From Sedimentisphaerales bacterium (GTDB lineage: Bacteria; Planctomycetota; Phycisphaerae; Sedimentisphaerales; SM23-30), in contig CAXXFK010000029.1 of assembly GCA_963663965.2 (NCBI GenBank), forward strand, positions 192,001 through 256,000: DNA of 64,000 bases, given 5' to 3'. The notes under the pieces are model-generated. The model ran no database searches. It saw only the letters and a list, made by a program, of their open reading frames with translations, and had not been told where the DNA came from. This document shows positions 51,343 to 60,982 of this stretch, piece by piece. Both the position numbers and the translations under genes were made by a program. The stretch's first letter is position 1; each line of letters starts with the position of its first letter.

Positions 51343-52233
51343 TTATGGAATTAATTTTCGTGTCCGCATCCATGTTTCACAAGCCTGGGGCCAGAGGCAG
51401 GTGCCGGGCGCTTTATCGGCGCGACCCAAACCGTAGCCGTGCCCACCGTTCTGGAAAATGTGCATTTCAGCAGGAATATTATTTTCGACCAGGCCTTGGT
51501 AAAATAGCAGGCTGTTCTGAACGAGAACTACTTTATCATCCGTGGAATGGAACAGGAATGTCGGCGGTGTTTTCGGGGTGATTTGCTTTTCATTTGACAT
51601 CAGTTGGACCAGCTCCGGTTTGGGTTCGGGTCCAAGCAGATTTCGTCTGGAACCGCCATGGGTGATACCATTTTCCATAGAAATCACCGGGTAGCCAAGG
51701 ATCATGTAATCCGGGCGGCTGGAGATTTTGGCGGCCGGATCGTCAGGGGCGATCATCTGGGGTTCAAAATGGGTGCCAACTGAACTGGCTAGATGCCCTC
51801 CCGCAGAAAAACCAATAATGCCAATTTGCTCCGTCTTAATGTGATATTTTTCGGCATTAGAGCGAATGTAACGCATGGCCGCCTGGGCATCGGCCAGAGG
51901 AATGGGGTGATGATACCCTTTGGTGGCATGACGGTAATCCAGAACCCAGGCGCTGACTCCCAGGCTGTTCATCCAGCGGGCGATCTGGTAACCTTCATGA
52001 TCAATAGCCACGTGGCCATAGCCACCGCCGGGGCATATTAACAATGCCGTGCCACACGCTTTATCTTCCGGTAAGGCAAATTCTGTCAGAGTAGGGATGT
52101 CTTTTGCTTCGGTTCCAAGCGCACCTGGAGCGCCATCCGGCCACAATGGGAATGTTTTCATCTCTTCGGCAAAAATCATATTGAATCCGCTTAACATGGA
52201 GAGAATTAAGATGCAATAAAAAAAGTTTCGCAT
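51343..52233 (-). CDS. Secreted alpha/beta hydrolase (carbohydrate-esterase/BD-FAE-like)
   Basis: CPGGGY, GFSAGGHLA nucleophile elbow, D..V, GGHGYG. Confidence 0.9.
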   Translation of the reverse strand: MRNFFYCILILSMLSGFNMIFAEEMKTFPLWPDGAPGALGTEAKDIPTLTEFALPEDKACGTALLICPGGGYGHVAIDHEGYQIARWMNSLGVSAWVLDYRHATKGYHHPIPLADAQAAMRYIRSNAEKYHIKTEQIGIIGFSAGGHLASSVGTHFEPQMIAPDDPAAKISSRPDYMILGYPVISMENGITHGGSRRNLLGPEPKPELVQLMSNEKQITPKTPPTFLFHSTDDKVVLVQNSLLFYQGLVENNIPAEMHIFQNGGHGYGLGRADKAPGTCLWPQACETWMRTRKLIP

Positions 52234-52285
52234 GGCAGTTTCCTTTTACGAAAAAATTCACATAGACTCGGAGTTCCAATTACGT

Positions 52286-54052
52286 TTATTGCCGTGAGTA
52301 TACTTTGTACACCGCTTCCAGCGGTTCAGGTAGTAGATCATCAGGATAAGCATTTTGCAGACCGGCGGCAACCAGTCCCAGGAACATTTGCTGGGGGCGC
52401 ATGGGACGGCTGGTCATGCAGGGATGGGCCTGAGTGCCAATAAAAAATGGATGATCGGGCAATTCTAAAATCTGCATGATGGGTTCGCCCGGAGCCTTGC
52501 CTGAAAATACCAGGCCGGCTTGCGTGAGGCGTTCAATATACTTGGGGTCCACTTCCAGACGATGACGGAAACGCATTCGAACACTGGTTTGCCGGCCAAA
52601 AAGTTCCCATGCAAAAGTGTTAGGCGTGATTTCAACATCTTTACCGCCCAATCTCATGGTACCACCCAGGCCAGTGATGCCTTTTTGCTGAGGCAGAATA
52701 TCTATTACTTTATTATTGCCATTGGGATCGACTTCGCTGCTGCAGGCACCTGCAATACCACAGACGTTTCGGGCAAATTCGACCACGGCCATCTGAAATC
52801 CAAAGCAGATTCCCAGATAAGGCAAGTTGTTTTCACGGGCGTATTTGATACAGGCAATTTTGCCTTCCGCACCCCGGGCGCCAAATCCACCCGGTACAAT
52901 GATGCCATGGAGACCTTTGAGCTTTTCAGCGGCGTTGTCATTATTCAGATCTGTGGTATCGATCCAGGCAATATCAACATGGGCGCCCAGATTGGTGCCG
53001 CTATGTTCGAGGGCGTGAATAATGCTGGCATAGCTGTCACGAAGAGAAGTATATTTTCCCGTAATACCGATTTTGACGGTGCGGTTAATGCGATCCAGTT
53101 TGTCAACATATTCGCACCATTTATTCCAGGCTTCCCGTTCATGCCTGAGATCGACACGCTCTTCCAGCTTAAGCAGGCGCAGTACTTCAAAATCATATCC
53201 CAGTTCCCGAAGCATATTGGGGATCACATAGATGCTGTGACAGTCATGCATACTGAAAACGCGCTCGAGGGGAACGTTGGTGTACTGTGCTATTTTCTGG
53301 CGGACTTTGGTGACGACCGGACGATTAGCCCGGCACGCGATAATCTGGGGTTGTACGCCCATTTCCATGAGTCGTTTAATACCGAGTTGAGCCGCCTTGG
53401 ATTTCTGTTCGCCCAGGGTTGGAGGTTCCAATACATGGGTCAGGGCCACAAAACAGACGGAATGCGGCCCTTCTTCATAGGCCAGTTCACGCATCGCTTC
53501 GATATAATAGGCGTTTTCCACATCACCAACAGTCCCTCCGATTTCAACAAAAATAATATCGGACTGGGATTTTACCGCCAGTTCACGCAGGCGAAGTTTT
53601 ACTTCGCCGGTGACATGGGGAATCATCTGAACATCGCGACCAAGATAATCTCCATGACGCTCCTTGTTGAGAACGTGGGTATATATCTGGCCGCTGGTCG
53701 TGAAGTTGAAGCGATTCAGATTCATGTCGAGCAGGCGTTCATAGGTTCCCAGGTCCATGTCGCACTCCATTCCATCATCAAGGACAAAGACCTCTCCATG
53801 GCGGAATGGATTGAGTGTTCCGGAATCGATATTGAGGTATCCTTCGAGTTTGATGGGAGAGATGCGCAGGCCCTTATCCTGGAGGAGTTTGGCCAGACTG
53901 GAAGAAAAGATGCCTTTGCCCAGTCCGCTGATAACGGTACCCATAATGACAACATATTTACACCGTCCGCGTATATAACCATCGGGCATGGGGGTATAAA
54001 ATTCCGTGTCATCTGACATATTACTAACGCTATTGATCAGATCTTCGCTCAA
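52286..54052 (-). CDS. pyrG: CTP synthase (atypical glutaminase motif HPC)
   Basis: SGLGKG, YLNIDSGT, HGEVFV, QMIPHVTGE, EIGGTVGD, VPGGFG, GICFGFQ; adjacent to kdsB. Confidence 0.96.
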   Translation of the reverse strand: MSEDLINSVSNMSDDTEFYTPMPDGYIRGRCKYVVIMGTVISGLGKGIFSSSLAKLLQDKGLRISPIKLEGYLNIDSGTLNPFRHGEVFVLDDGMECDMDLGTYERLLDMNLNRFNFTTSGQIYTHVLNKERHGDYLGRDVQMIPHVTGEVKLRLRELAVKSQSDIIFVEIGGTVGDVENAYYIEAMRELAYEEGPHSVCFVALTHVLEPPTLGEQKSKAAQLGIKRLMEMGVQPQIIACRANRPVVTKVRQKIAQYTNVPLERVFSMHDCHSIYVIPNMLRELGYDFEVLRLLKLEERVDLRHEREAWNKWCEYVDKLDRINRTVKIGITGKYTSLRDSYASIIHALEHSGTNLGAHVDIAWIDTTDLNNDNAAEKLKGLHGIIVPGGFGARGAEGKIACIKYARENNLPYLGICFGFQMAVVEFARNVCGIAGACSSEVDPNGNNKVIDILPQQKGITGLGGTMRLGGKDVEITPNTFAWELFGRQTSVRMRFRHRLEVDPKYIERLTQAGLVFSGKAPGEPIMQILELPDHPFFIGTQAHPCMTSRPMRPQQMFLGLVAAGLQNAYPDDLLPEPLEAVYKVYSRQ

Positions 54053-54150
54053 ATCTCTGTGCCTTTCGAAAATATAATAATTTCAATAACTGGTGCTTAT
54101 TTTGTCGGATAAATATCTATGTCAAATCCTGAATTAATTCATAATCCTGT

Positions 54151-54894
54151 TTATGCTGAGGTTGCCTGCCATCGAGTCAGAAAATCCTGATATTGTTCAG
54201 GTGTGTCAATACCAGAGGCTGTATGTTGAACTTTCGCAACAGCAATCGAGATCCCGTTTTCAAGGGCTCGTAGCTGCTCCAGTTTTTCCATTTGTTCCAA
54301 TGGTGCGGGAGGAAGTTTACTGAACATCATTAAAACATCGCGACGATAGGCATAGATTCCAATATGCTTATAATATTGGCGATTAAACGGGGCATTATCC
54401 CGATTAAATGGAATCGGACATCTGGAAAAATATAACGCTTTACCCTGATTATTGATAACAACTTTAACAATATTTAAATTATTGATGTCATCCGGATTGT
54501 CGATTTGGGAAATCAACGTCCCCATCCCGGCATCAGTCTGGTCGCACATAAGCTGGACGAGTGTGTCGATGTTTTCCGGAGGCAATTCGGGCTCATCGCC
54601 CTGAACATTGATAATCAGGTCCGTGGTTATGTTTTCAGCTACTTCAGCCAGCCGGTCAGTTCCGCAAGTATGATCTGATCTGGTCATGATCCAGTCAGCG
54701 CCAAAATTTGAACAGGCATCGGCTATGCGGGGGTCATCAACGGCGATAATAGTCCGGTCGATTCGTCTGGCCTGGATAACCTGTTCATAAACATGCTGGA
54801 TCACAAATTTACCAGTCTGTTTAGCTAGAAGCTTTCCGGGAAACCGAGTAGAAGCATAACGAGCAGGTATGATGGCAGTTACATTCATAAACAT
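54151..54894 (-). CDS. kdsB: 3-deoxy-manno-octulosonate cytidylyltransferase
   Basis: IIPARYASTRFPGK, GTDR, NVQGDEP, ALYFSR, KHIGIYAY, EKLEQLRALENG. Confidence 0.97.
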   Translation of the reverse strand: MFMNVTAIIPARYASTRFPGKLLAKQTGKFVIQHVYEQVIQARRIDRTIIAVDDPRIADACSNFGADWIMTRSDHTCGTDRLAEVAENITTDLIINVQGDEPELPPENIDTLVQLMCDQTDAGMGTLISQIDNPDDINNLNIVKVVINNQGKALYFSRCPIPFNRDNAPFNRQYYKHIGIYAYRRDVLMMFSKLPPAPLEQMEKLEQLRALENGISIAVAKVQHTASGIDTPEQYQDFLTRWQATSA

Positions 54895-54935
54895 CTATAA
54901 TTTACAGATTTAAAACAATTATTAACTGCAGGAAA

Positions 54936-54964
54936 ATAATAGCAAAGTAGAGGTATCCTGTCAA
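54936..54964 (-). promoter_or_regulatory. Putative sigma70 promoter of kdsB-pyrG
   Basis: Minus strand TTGACA-N17-TATTAT with a TG extended -10. Confidence 0.6.
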
Positions 54965-55194
54965 AGGTTAATTCATGGACCTATATTTCGTTGTAACTAA
55001 AGCTGCGTGAGAAAAGGTTGTATATCAGACTGGAAATATTTAATGGAATGAACAAATCCGTCAAAATGATAGCATTCCATAATGATCTGTCAATAAAAGG
55101 ATTACGAATCGTTTGTTCAATAATATGTTGTTTTGCGACAACATCGTCTGGACAGGAGATGAAGCCAGAACGGGATTTTGGCTTATAACTTATT

Positions 55195-55221
55195 TAATTA
55201 TCAAACGTTATAAGTCGATAG
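55195..55221 (+). promoter_or_regulatory. Putative sigma28 (FliA)-like promoter of the PilZ gene
   Basis: TAAT-N15-GTCGATAG versus consensus TAAA-N15-GCCGATAA. Confidence 0.4.
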
Positions 55222-55237
55222 TAATTTTAGTAACTAA

Positions 55238-55253
55238 TGGCATTGTGTTTGCA
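55238..55253 (+). promoter_or_regulatory. Putative sigma54 promoter of the PilZ gene
   Basis: TGGCAT-TGTGT-TTGCA, near-consensus -24/-12. Confidence 0.6.
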
Positions 55254-55297
55254 TGCTAAGAATGACAATTATTTCAAATCATAAATTAAAAATTATT

Positions 55298-55654
55298 ATG
55301 AACGCATTAGAAGATAACCGTGAATATCGCAGATTAAGTATCAAAATGCCTTTCAAATATCAAAGAAAGCTTGAAGGGCGCAGCGCAGTACAACATGGAG
55401 TCACAAAAAATATAAGTACGGGTGGGATGTATTTTGAGACCGCCAAAGATACTTTCCAGCCGGGAGAATTGCTAACTATAGAGCTTGATGTCAGCGAAAA
55501 TGAAGGCTATTTTCCAACTAATAGTTCAATACAGGCTGTCGGTGAAGTCGTACATATAACACCGGTTCCGGATCTATCCAGTAGCGATAATCATGGATAT
55601 TATAAAAATGGTGTTGGGATAAGGTTTTGTGATTCACTCAAGTTGGTTTTCTAA
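55298..55654 (+). CDS. Stand-alone PilZ-domain (c-di-GMP-binding) protein (ORF extends to 55253)
   Basis: REYRR (RxxxR) and NISTGG (D/NxSxxG) motifs; VGIRF near the C-terminus. Confidence 0.88.
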   Translation: MNALEDNREYRRLSIKMPFKYQRKLEGRSAVQHGVTKNISTGGMYFETAKDTFQPGELLTIELDVSENEGYFPTNSSIQAVGEVVHITPVPDLSSSDNHGYYKNGVGIRFCDSLKLVF

Positions 55655-55764
55655 CAAGTTTTAAGCAGGTAGAGCAGTTGTTGGCTGCTTAAAATCTAAC
55701 CATCTGATATTACAATAGTTGTGATTTTTCGCCGTCGGGATATTTCGATTCAAGGAAGTTTGAG

Positions 55765-55793
55765 TTGACAGTCAGGGGAATTGGTTATACATT
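55765..55793 (+). promoter_or_regulatory. Putative sigma70 promoter of lpxB
   Basis: TTGACA-N17-TACATT. Confidence 0.55.
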
Positions 55794-55839
55794 CTGAAAT
55801 TCGAATAATAACGTAAGTGTATTTAATTTAATTGCTTAT

Positions 55840-57033
55840 ATGTTCATGCCGGCTTTCAGAAAGTATCAGATGGCAAAAGACCTGACCAAAGATGAATTGT
55901 TGCACAGACGATTCAAAGTTTTTTTCAGCGCGGCTGAAAGGAGCGGGGATAAACATGCATCACGGTTAATTGAACGATTGCGTGAAAAATATGGTAATCT
56001 GGAGTTTGAAGGTTTAGGGGGGGATCAGATGGAATCTGCCGGGTGTTATTTAATGGAGAATTTGATGTCACGTAGCGCCATGTTAACCCATGCGCTCAAG
56101 CAAGTATTCTTTTATTGGAATTTGCGAAGCAAAATACGGCGCCATTTCGATGAGAATCCGCCTGATCTGGTCGTGGTAGTGGATTCGCCAGCCTGGAATT
56201 TTCATGTCGCCCGGGCCGCGAAGGAGCACGGGATACCGGTTTTGTATTATATTGCCCCCCAGCTGTGGGCATGGGGAAGCTGGCGTTTGAATAAATTGAA
56301 GCGTTGTATCGATAAGGTGGCTTGTATTTTGCCTTTTGAAGAAGCATGGTTTACTCAAAGGGGGGTGAATGCCACGTTTGTTGGTCATCCTCTGTTTGAT
56401 CGAAGCTATCATATTGCAGATCGTCCTTTTCGTACAGAAACGGCGGAAAACTATCCAACAGTGGCTTTATTACCAGGCTCCCGAAAACATGAAATTGAGA
56501 CCTTATGGCAGCCTATGCAGCAAATTGCACGAAAGGTTAAAAAGGAATATCCTGAAGCACGCTTTGTATCGGCGGCTCCCAGTCGGGAATTTGTCGAATT
56601 TCTGACCCAACGCGCGGACCGGGATTTAATGATTGATATTCAGCACCGTCATATTGAAGCGACAGTACGTTATGCTGATCTGGCGCTAGTGGCCTCTGGC
56701 ACAGCTACTCTGGAAGTCGCCGCTCAAGGTTGTCCGATGTTGGTTATGTATCATGTACCGGCATTGCAATGGAATCTGGTAGGACGCTGGTTATTAAAGA
56801 CTCCGTTTATCTCGCTGGTGAATATCCTGTCCGGGCGTGAATTGGTTCCGGAGTTGATTCCGTTTGGCGGCCGTATTCAAAAAGCGACCAGAGAAGCATT
56901 GGATATCCTGGGAACTTATGAACGCAGGCATGAATTAAACAAGGATTTATTGGGACTGATCAAACCCCTGGTTGAGAAAGATGCCCCTGAAGAAGTAGCC
57001 GAATTGATTCGAGAATTACTACCTCATTATTAA
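55840..57033 (+). CDS. lpxB: Lipid-A-disaccharide synthase
   Basis: SAAERSGD, VDSPAWN, YIAPQLWAW, ILPFE, FVGHP, LLPGSR, ASGTATLE. Confidence 0.95.
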   Translation: MFMPAFRKYQMAKDLTKDELLHRRFKVFFSAAERSGDKHASRLIERLREKYGNLEFEGLGGDQMESAGCYLMENLMSRSAMLTHALKQVFFYWNLRSKIRRHFDENPPDLVVVVDSPAWNFHVARAAKEHGIPVLYYIAPQLWAWGSWRLNKLKRCIDKVACILPFEEAWFTQRGVNATFVGHPLFDRSYHIADRPFRTETAENYPTVALLPGSRKHEIETLWQPMQQIARKVKKEYPEARFVSAAPSREFVEFLTQRADRDLMIDIQHRHIEATVRYADLALVASGTATLEVAAQGCPMLVMYHVPALQWNLVGRWLLKTPFISLVNILSGRELVPELIPFGGRIQKATREALDILGTYERRHELNKDLLGLIKPLVEKDAPEEVAELIRELLPHY

Positions 57034-57073
57034 ATATCAAGTATGATACAATGACCGGGGTATCGAGTAGGGT

Positions 57074-59293
57074 GTGGTGCAAAAAAAGATGAATAAAACC
57101 ATTCAAAACAAAACCGATGGGGTCATCCGATTTGGAACGTTTGGTGGCGTATTTACCCCCTGCACCTTGACAATTCTGGGCGTTATCATGTTCTTGAGAT
57201 TCGGCCAGGTGGTTGGGAATGCGGGCATCTGGCACGGATTATTGATTGTTGGCATGGCCAAGCTGGTTACCATTCTGACATCGTTGTCTTTATCGGCAAT
57301 CGCCACCAATAGTCGGGTTAAAGGTGGCGGGGCCTATTATATGATCAGCCGATCGTTAGGGATAGAATTTGGAGGAGCGATTGGGCTGGTATTCTTTTTA
57401 TCTCAAGCCGTATCGGTGGCTATGTATATTATTGGATTTACAGAAGCTCTAACCAGCGTCATACCGGCGTTAAGCAACCATTTCCGGTTATCCGCGTCGG
57501 TAGTCAACCTGGTAGTATTCATTTGCGTTTATATTGGGGCTGGCTGGACAATCAAGATTCAATATGCCATTTTGTTGATTTTGCTGGGCGCTATTGTATC
57601 ATTCATTGGAGGAGCGATCGGTCATTGGAACCAGGCCCATCTTATTGAGAATCTAAATCCAAAATATGGTGACTCTCAGAACTTATGGACAATGTTTGCG
57701 TTATTTTTTCCGGCGGCAACCGGTATTATGGCTGGAGCTAATATGTCGGGTGATCTGGCCGATCCCGGCAAATCGATTCCACGCGGGACAGTCAGCGCCA
57801 TTGTCTTTACGGGCATGATTTACGGGGCGTTTGTGTTATTCTTAGGCGCAAGCGCTGATCGCAATGCTTTACAGACTGAACACATGATCGTATCCCGACT
57901 GGCCTGGCAGCCTGGATTTATTCTGGCCGGAGTTTTCGCAGCCACCTTGTCTTCAGCCCTGGGCAGCCTGATGGGAGCCCCTCGTATTTTGCAGGCACTT
58001 GCCAGAGATCGGGTTTTTGGCATTCTGAACTTTTTTTCAAGGGGCAGTGGCATCAATAATGAACCTCGACGAGCGACGATTCTGTCGTATCTGATTGCAC
58101 AGGCCGGTATCATGCTGGGGGATCTGAATGCCATCGCTCCCATAACAACGATGTTTTTTATGATAACTTATGGGGCGCTCAATTACGCGGCATTTCAGGA
58201 AGGATGTAGTGGGAATCCCAGTTACAGACCTCGGTTCAAGTATAATCACTGGTCACTCTCATTATTAGGGGCATTATGCTGTGTGATAGCCATGTTATTG
58301 ATTGACTGGCTATGGGCTGTCATTGCGCTTTTACTTATGGTTGCGATATATCGTTATCTGGTACGAGAAGAGATGGAGGCAGCCTGGGGTGATTTGCAAA
58401 GCGGCGCGGCTCTCGGTCGTGTGCGCCGAGAATTGCTGAATCTGGAAGAAATGAGTTATCATCCCAAAAACTGGCGCCCTGTCATTATTGCATTTGGCGT
58501 TCATCGTGAAGAACGATTGCATATGGCGGCAATGGCGCGCTGGCTGGCAGGGCCGACGGGAATGTTAATCATCGGTCAGGTCATTACCAGTGAAGACGAC
58601 GATATTCTTGAGCGTCATCGGCAAGCCAGGCGTCAATTACGAAAACGTATCAGTGAAAATGAGTTGGAGGCATTTCCGGCGGTGACTATCGCGCCCAGTT
58701 TAACCAGTGGGCTTTCCGCTTTGACCCAATGCAGCGGGGTAGGCGCCATTCATCCCAATCTGGTCTTGTTCAACTGGACTAATGATGAGGAAAAACAGGC
58801 AGGTTTGTTAACTAATATGAAAATGGTAACTCGTCTTGGGCGCAGCCTGGCCTTATTACGCTATCAGCCACCACCCACGGAGGATATCTGGGCTGTACCA
58901 TCAGGTACAATTGACGTCTGGTGGCTGGGTTTGGGCAATGGAAGTTTGATGTTACTGTTAGGGCATCTTTTACAGCATAATAATGGCTGGCGCGATCACC
59001 GCATCCGCTTGATCCGCATGATTAAAGATGAGGCCGGCCGTGAGGAAACCCGTCAATATCTGGAGCAACTGGCCACGGATGCCAGGATTCCGGCGGAATG
59101 TAAGGTTTTAATTGGGGATGAATTTACAGAAATTCTGGTCAGGGAAAGCAGTGGCTCCGCATTGTGTATCCTGGGATTGCAAAATCCGATTGAAATGCCG
59201 GATGGGGCAATAAAAAAGCTGGCATCGATGACTGACCGGCTTACGAGGTTATTATTCATCCATAGCGCCGGGGATATGTCGCTGGAAGTATGA
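57074..59293 (+). CDS. Cation-chloride cotransporter (SLC12/CCC-like, APC superfamily)
   Basis: FGTFGGVFTPCTLTILGVIMFLR, SAIATN..VKGGGAYYMISRSLG.EFGG, FFPAATGIMAG, KNWRP, IDVWW. Confidence 0.92.
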   Translation: MVQKKMNKTIQNKTDGVIRFGTFGGVFTPCTLTILGVIMFLRFGQVVGNAGIWHGLLIVGMAKLVTILTSLSLSAIATNSRVKGGGAYYMISRSLGIEFGGAIGLVFFLSQAVSVAMYIIGFTEALTSVIPALSNHFRLSASVVNLVVFICVYIGAGWTIKIQYAILLILLGAIVSFIGGAIGHWNQAHLIENLNPKYGDSQNLWTMFALFFPAATGIMAGANMSGDLADPGKSIPRGTVSAIVFTGMIYGAFVLFLGASADRNALQTEHMIVSRLAWQPGFILAGVFAATLSSALGSLMGAPRILQALARDRVFGILNFFSRGSGINNEPRRATILSYLIAQAGIMLGDLNAIAPITTMFFMITYGALNYAAFQEGCSGNPSYRPRFKYNHWSLSLLGALCCVIAMLLIDWLWAVIALLLMVAIYRYLVREEMEAAWGDLQSGAALGRVRRELLNLEEMSYHPKNWRPVIIAFGVHREERLHMAAMARWLAGPTGMLIIGQVITSEDDDILERHRQARRQLRKRISENELEAFPAVTIAPSLTSGLSALTQCSGVGAIHPNLVLFNWTNDEEKQAGLLTNMKMVTRLGRSLALLRYQPPPTEDIWAVPSGTIDVWWLGLGNGSLMLLLGHLLQHNNGWRDHRIRLIRMIKDEAGREETRQYLEQLATDARIPAECKVLIGDEFTEILVRESSGSALCILGLQNPIEMPDGAIKKLASMTDRLTRLLFIHSAGDMSLEV

Positions 59294-59295
59294 AA

Positions 59296-59326
59296 AAAGG
59301 CATGAGTCCGATCAGATCATGCCTTT
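59296..59326. terminator. Stem-loop between convergent genes (probable bidirectional terminator)
   Basis: AAAGGCATGA-N11-TCATGCCTTT flanked by A/T runs. Confidence 0.7.
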
Positions 59327-59350
59327 AAAATGGTGTACAAAAGAGGAAAG

Positions 59351-60736
59351 TTATGCCGTAACGGTTGATTTACTTTTGGTGGTTGTTTTACGTGTTTTGG
59401 TTGCGCCACTTTTCTTAACGGGCCTGTCATTCAGTTCATGTTCCATGTTCAGTAAATCCTGCCAGCATGCCTGGCGGATTTCATTCATAGAAGTTAACCC
59501 GGTTGCCGTTTTTTCAAGCGCATCCACAATGAGTGGAGCATATCCCGCTTTTCTAAAACTGGCGCGCAAGGGGGCCTGTCCGGCATTATTTGTGATTAAT
59601 TCAGACATGGATGGATTAATGGTAACCATTTCAAATACACCGGAGCGGCCAATATGGCCATAGGAACTGCAATCTTCGCAACCCACCGGTTCATAAACAC
59701 AATCCGGAGGTACGACTTTAAAATGTTTATAGAGTGAAACTTCATGCCGGGTTAATTCTCGTTTGGTAGAACAACTCATGCATAACTTGCGAACCAGATT
59801 CTGAGAAATCACCATTCGCAAGGTAGAGCCAATAATGAAATTGGGGACAGACAAATAGTGAAGTGAGTCAACCGCTGCCGCGGCATCGCGCGCGTGAACC
59901 GTTGCGATTACCAGTTTGCCGGCCATGGCGGCACGGGTGGCAGTGATTGCCGATTGTTCATCGCGAATTTCGCCAACGAGAATGACATCCGGATCCATAC
60001 GCAGTATCGTACGCAATCCTTCATACATGGTAAGTCCATGATCCTGGTCCACCTGAATCTGACGCAGCCAGGATAAATTGTATTCGATGGGATCTTCTAT
60101 CGACATGCCAACCTTGTTTCGTAGATCGAGCATCGAGGCCAGGGAGTAAAGCGTAGAAGATTTGCCGGCGCCGGTCGCTCCGCTAACAAGCACCAGACCC
60201 GACGGCGCTTCCATGACTTCACGGCATTGTTTATGGTGTTTGTCGCTCAATCCAAGTTGAGTGATATTATGGATCTTGTCCGGAACAGTCATCACTCTCA
60301 GATGAATTGATTCCCCATTGCCGACTGGAGTCAACGCGATGCGGATATCCTTGGGACCCCATTCTTCCGTCCAGCGAAACTGGCTTTCAGTGGGCATGAA
60401 ATTGCGGCCAATAGGGATTTTGGATGCTATTTTGATCTGGTTGATTAAACGCTGCCCAGGTTCTTTTTCCATTTGGTATAATGGATGAATGATCCCATCG
60501 ACACGCAGCCTGACTTCGATCAGTTTGTTCGGCATGACGTCGATATGAACATCGGACGCACGTTTACGGCTCATCTCGCATAACAAACTATGCAACGGTT
60601 CTGGACATTGTGGCAGAATCGGGATTTCGGTCCAGACATCATCGGGAAGATCTTCAAAATCCGTATGATCATATTGCCCTGAGGAGAATGCGTTTATATC
60701 TACGTCCTGGTGAATCATAATAATCATCGCCTCCAA
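59351..60736 (-). CDS. GspE/PilB-family secretion ATPase (short N-terminus; start possibly 60718)
   Basis: ASDVHID, RLRVDG, Walker A GATGAGKS, SIEDPIEY, LRMDPDVILVGEIRD, CMSC...CEDC zinc motif. Confidence 0.92.
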   Translation of the reverse strand: MEAMIIMIHQDVDINAFSSGQYDHTDFEDLPDDVWTEIPILPQCPEPLHSLLCEMSRKRASDVHIDVMPNKLIEVRLRVDGIIHPLYQMEKEPGQRLINQIKIASKIPIGRNFMPTESQFRWTEEWGPKDIRIALTPVGNGESIHLRVMTVPDKIHNITQLGLSDKHHKQCREVMEAPSGLVLVSGATGAGKSSTLYSLASMLDLRNKVGMSIEDPIEYNLSWLRQIQVDQDHGLTMYEGLRTILRMDPDVILVGEIRDEQSAITATRAAMAGKLVIATVHARDAAAAVDSLHYLSVPNFIIGSTLRMVISQNLVRKLCMSCSTKRELTRHEVSLYKHFKVVPPDCVYEPVGCEDCSSYGHIGRSGVFEMVTINPSMSELITNNAGQAPLRASFRKAGYAPLIVDALEKTATGLTSMNEIRQACWQDLLNMEHELNDRPVKKSGATKTRKTTTKSKSTVTA

Positions 60737-60928
60737 ATAGTAATCAATAATGCCTGGGAACCGAGCTGAGATTCACATCCGGCATTTAATTCAAAAGTAA
60801 AATATAAGTTTAGAGCAAGCAAATATTTGGATATCAAATTTTTGTTTTTTTAACGTTGCCATCCGAAAGTTGAATTTAATAATCCGCATATTCGAAAAAA
60901 TTTAACACCTGAATCGATGAAAATAAAC

Positions 60929-60953
60929 AAGGCATCGCTCAAGACGATGCCTT
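60929..60953 (-). terminator. Rho-independent terminator after the TPR gene
   Basis: AAGGCATCG-N7-CGATGCCTT followed on the minus strand by GTTTATTTT. Confidence 0.6.
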
Positions 60954-60982
60954 CTGTTTCAATGATGGTACGAACATATCTA

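Noticed and set aside
52520..54016. 498-aa ORF antisense to pyrG
   Set aside because: It lies fully opposite a conserved gene, has no recognisable motifs, and is explained by codon-bias shadowing.
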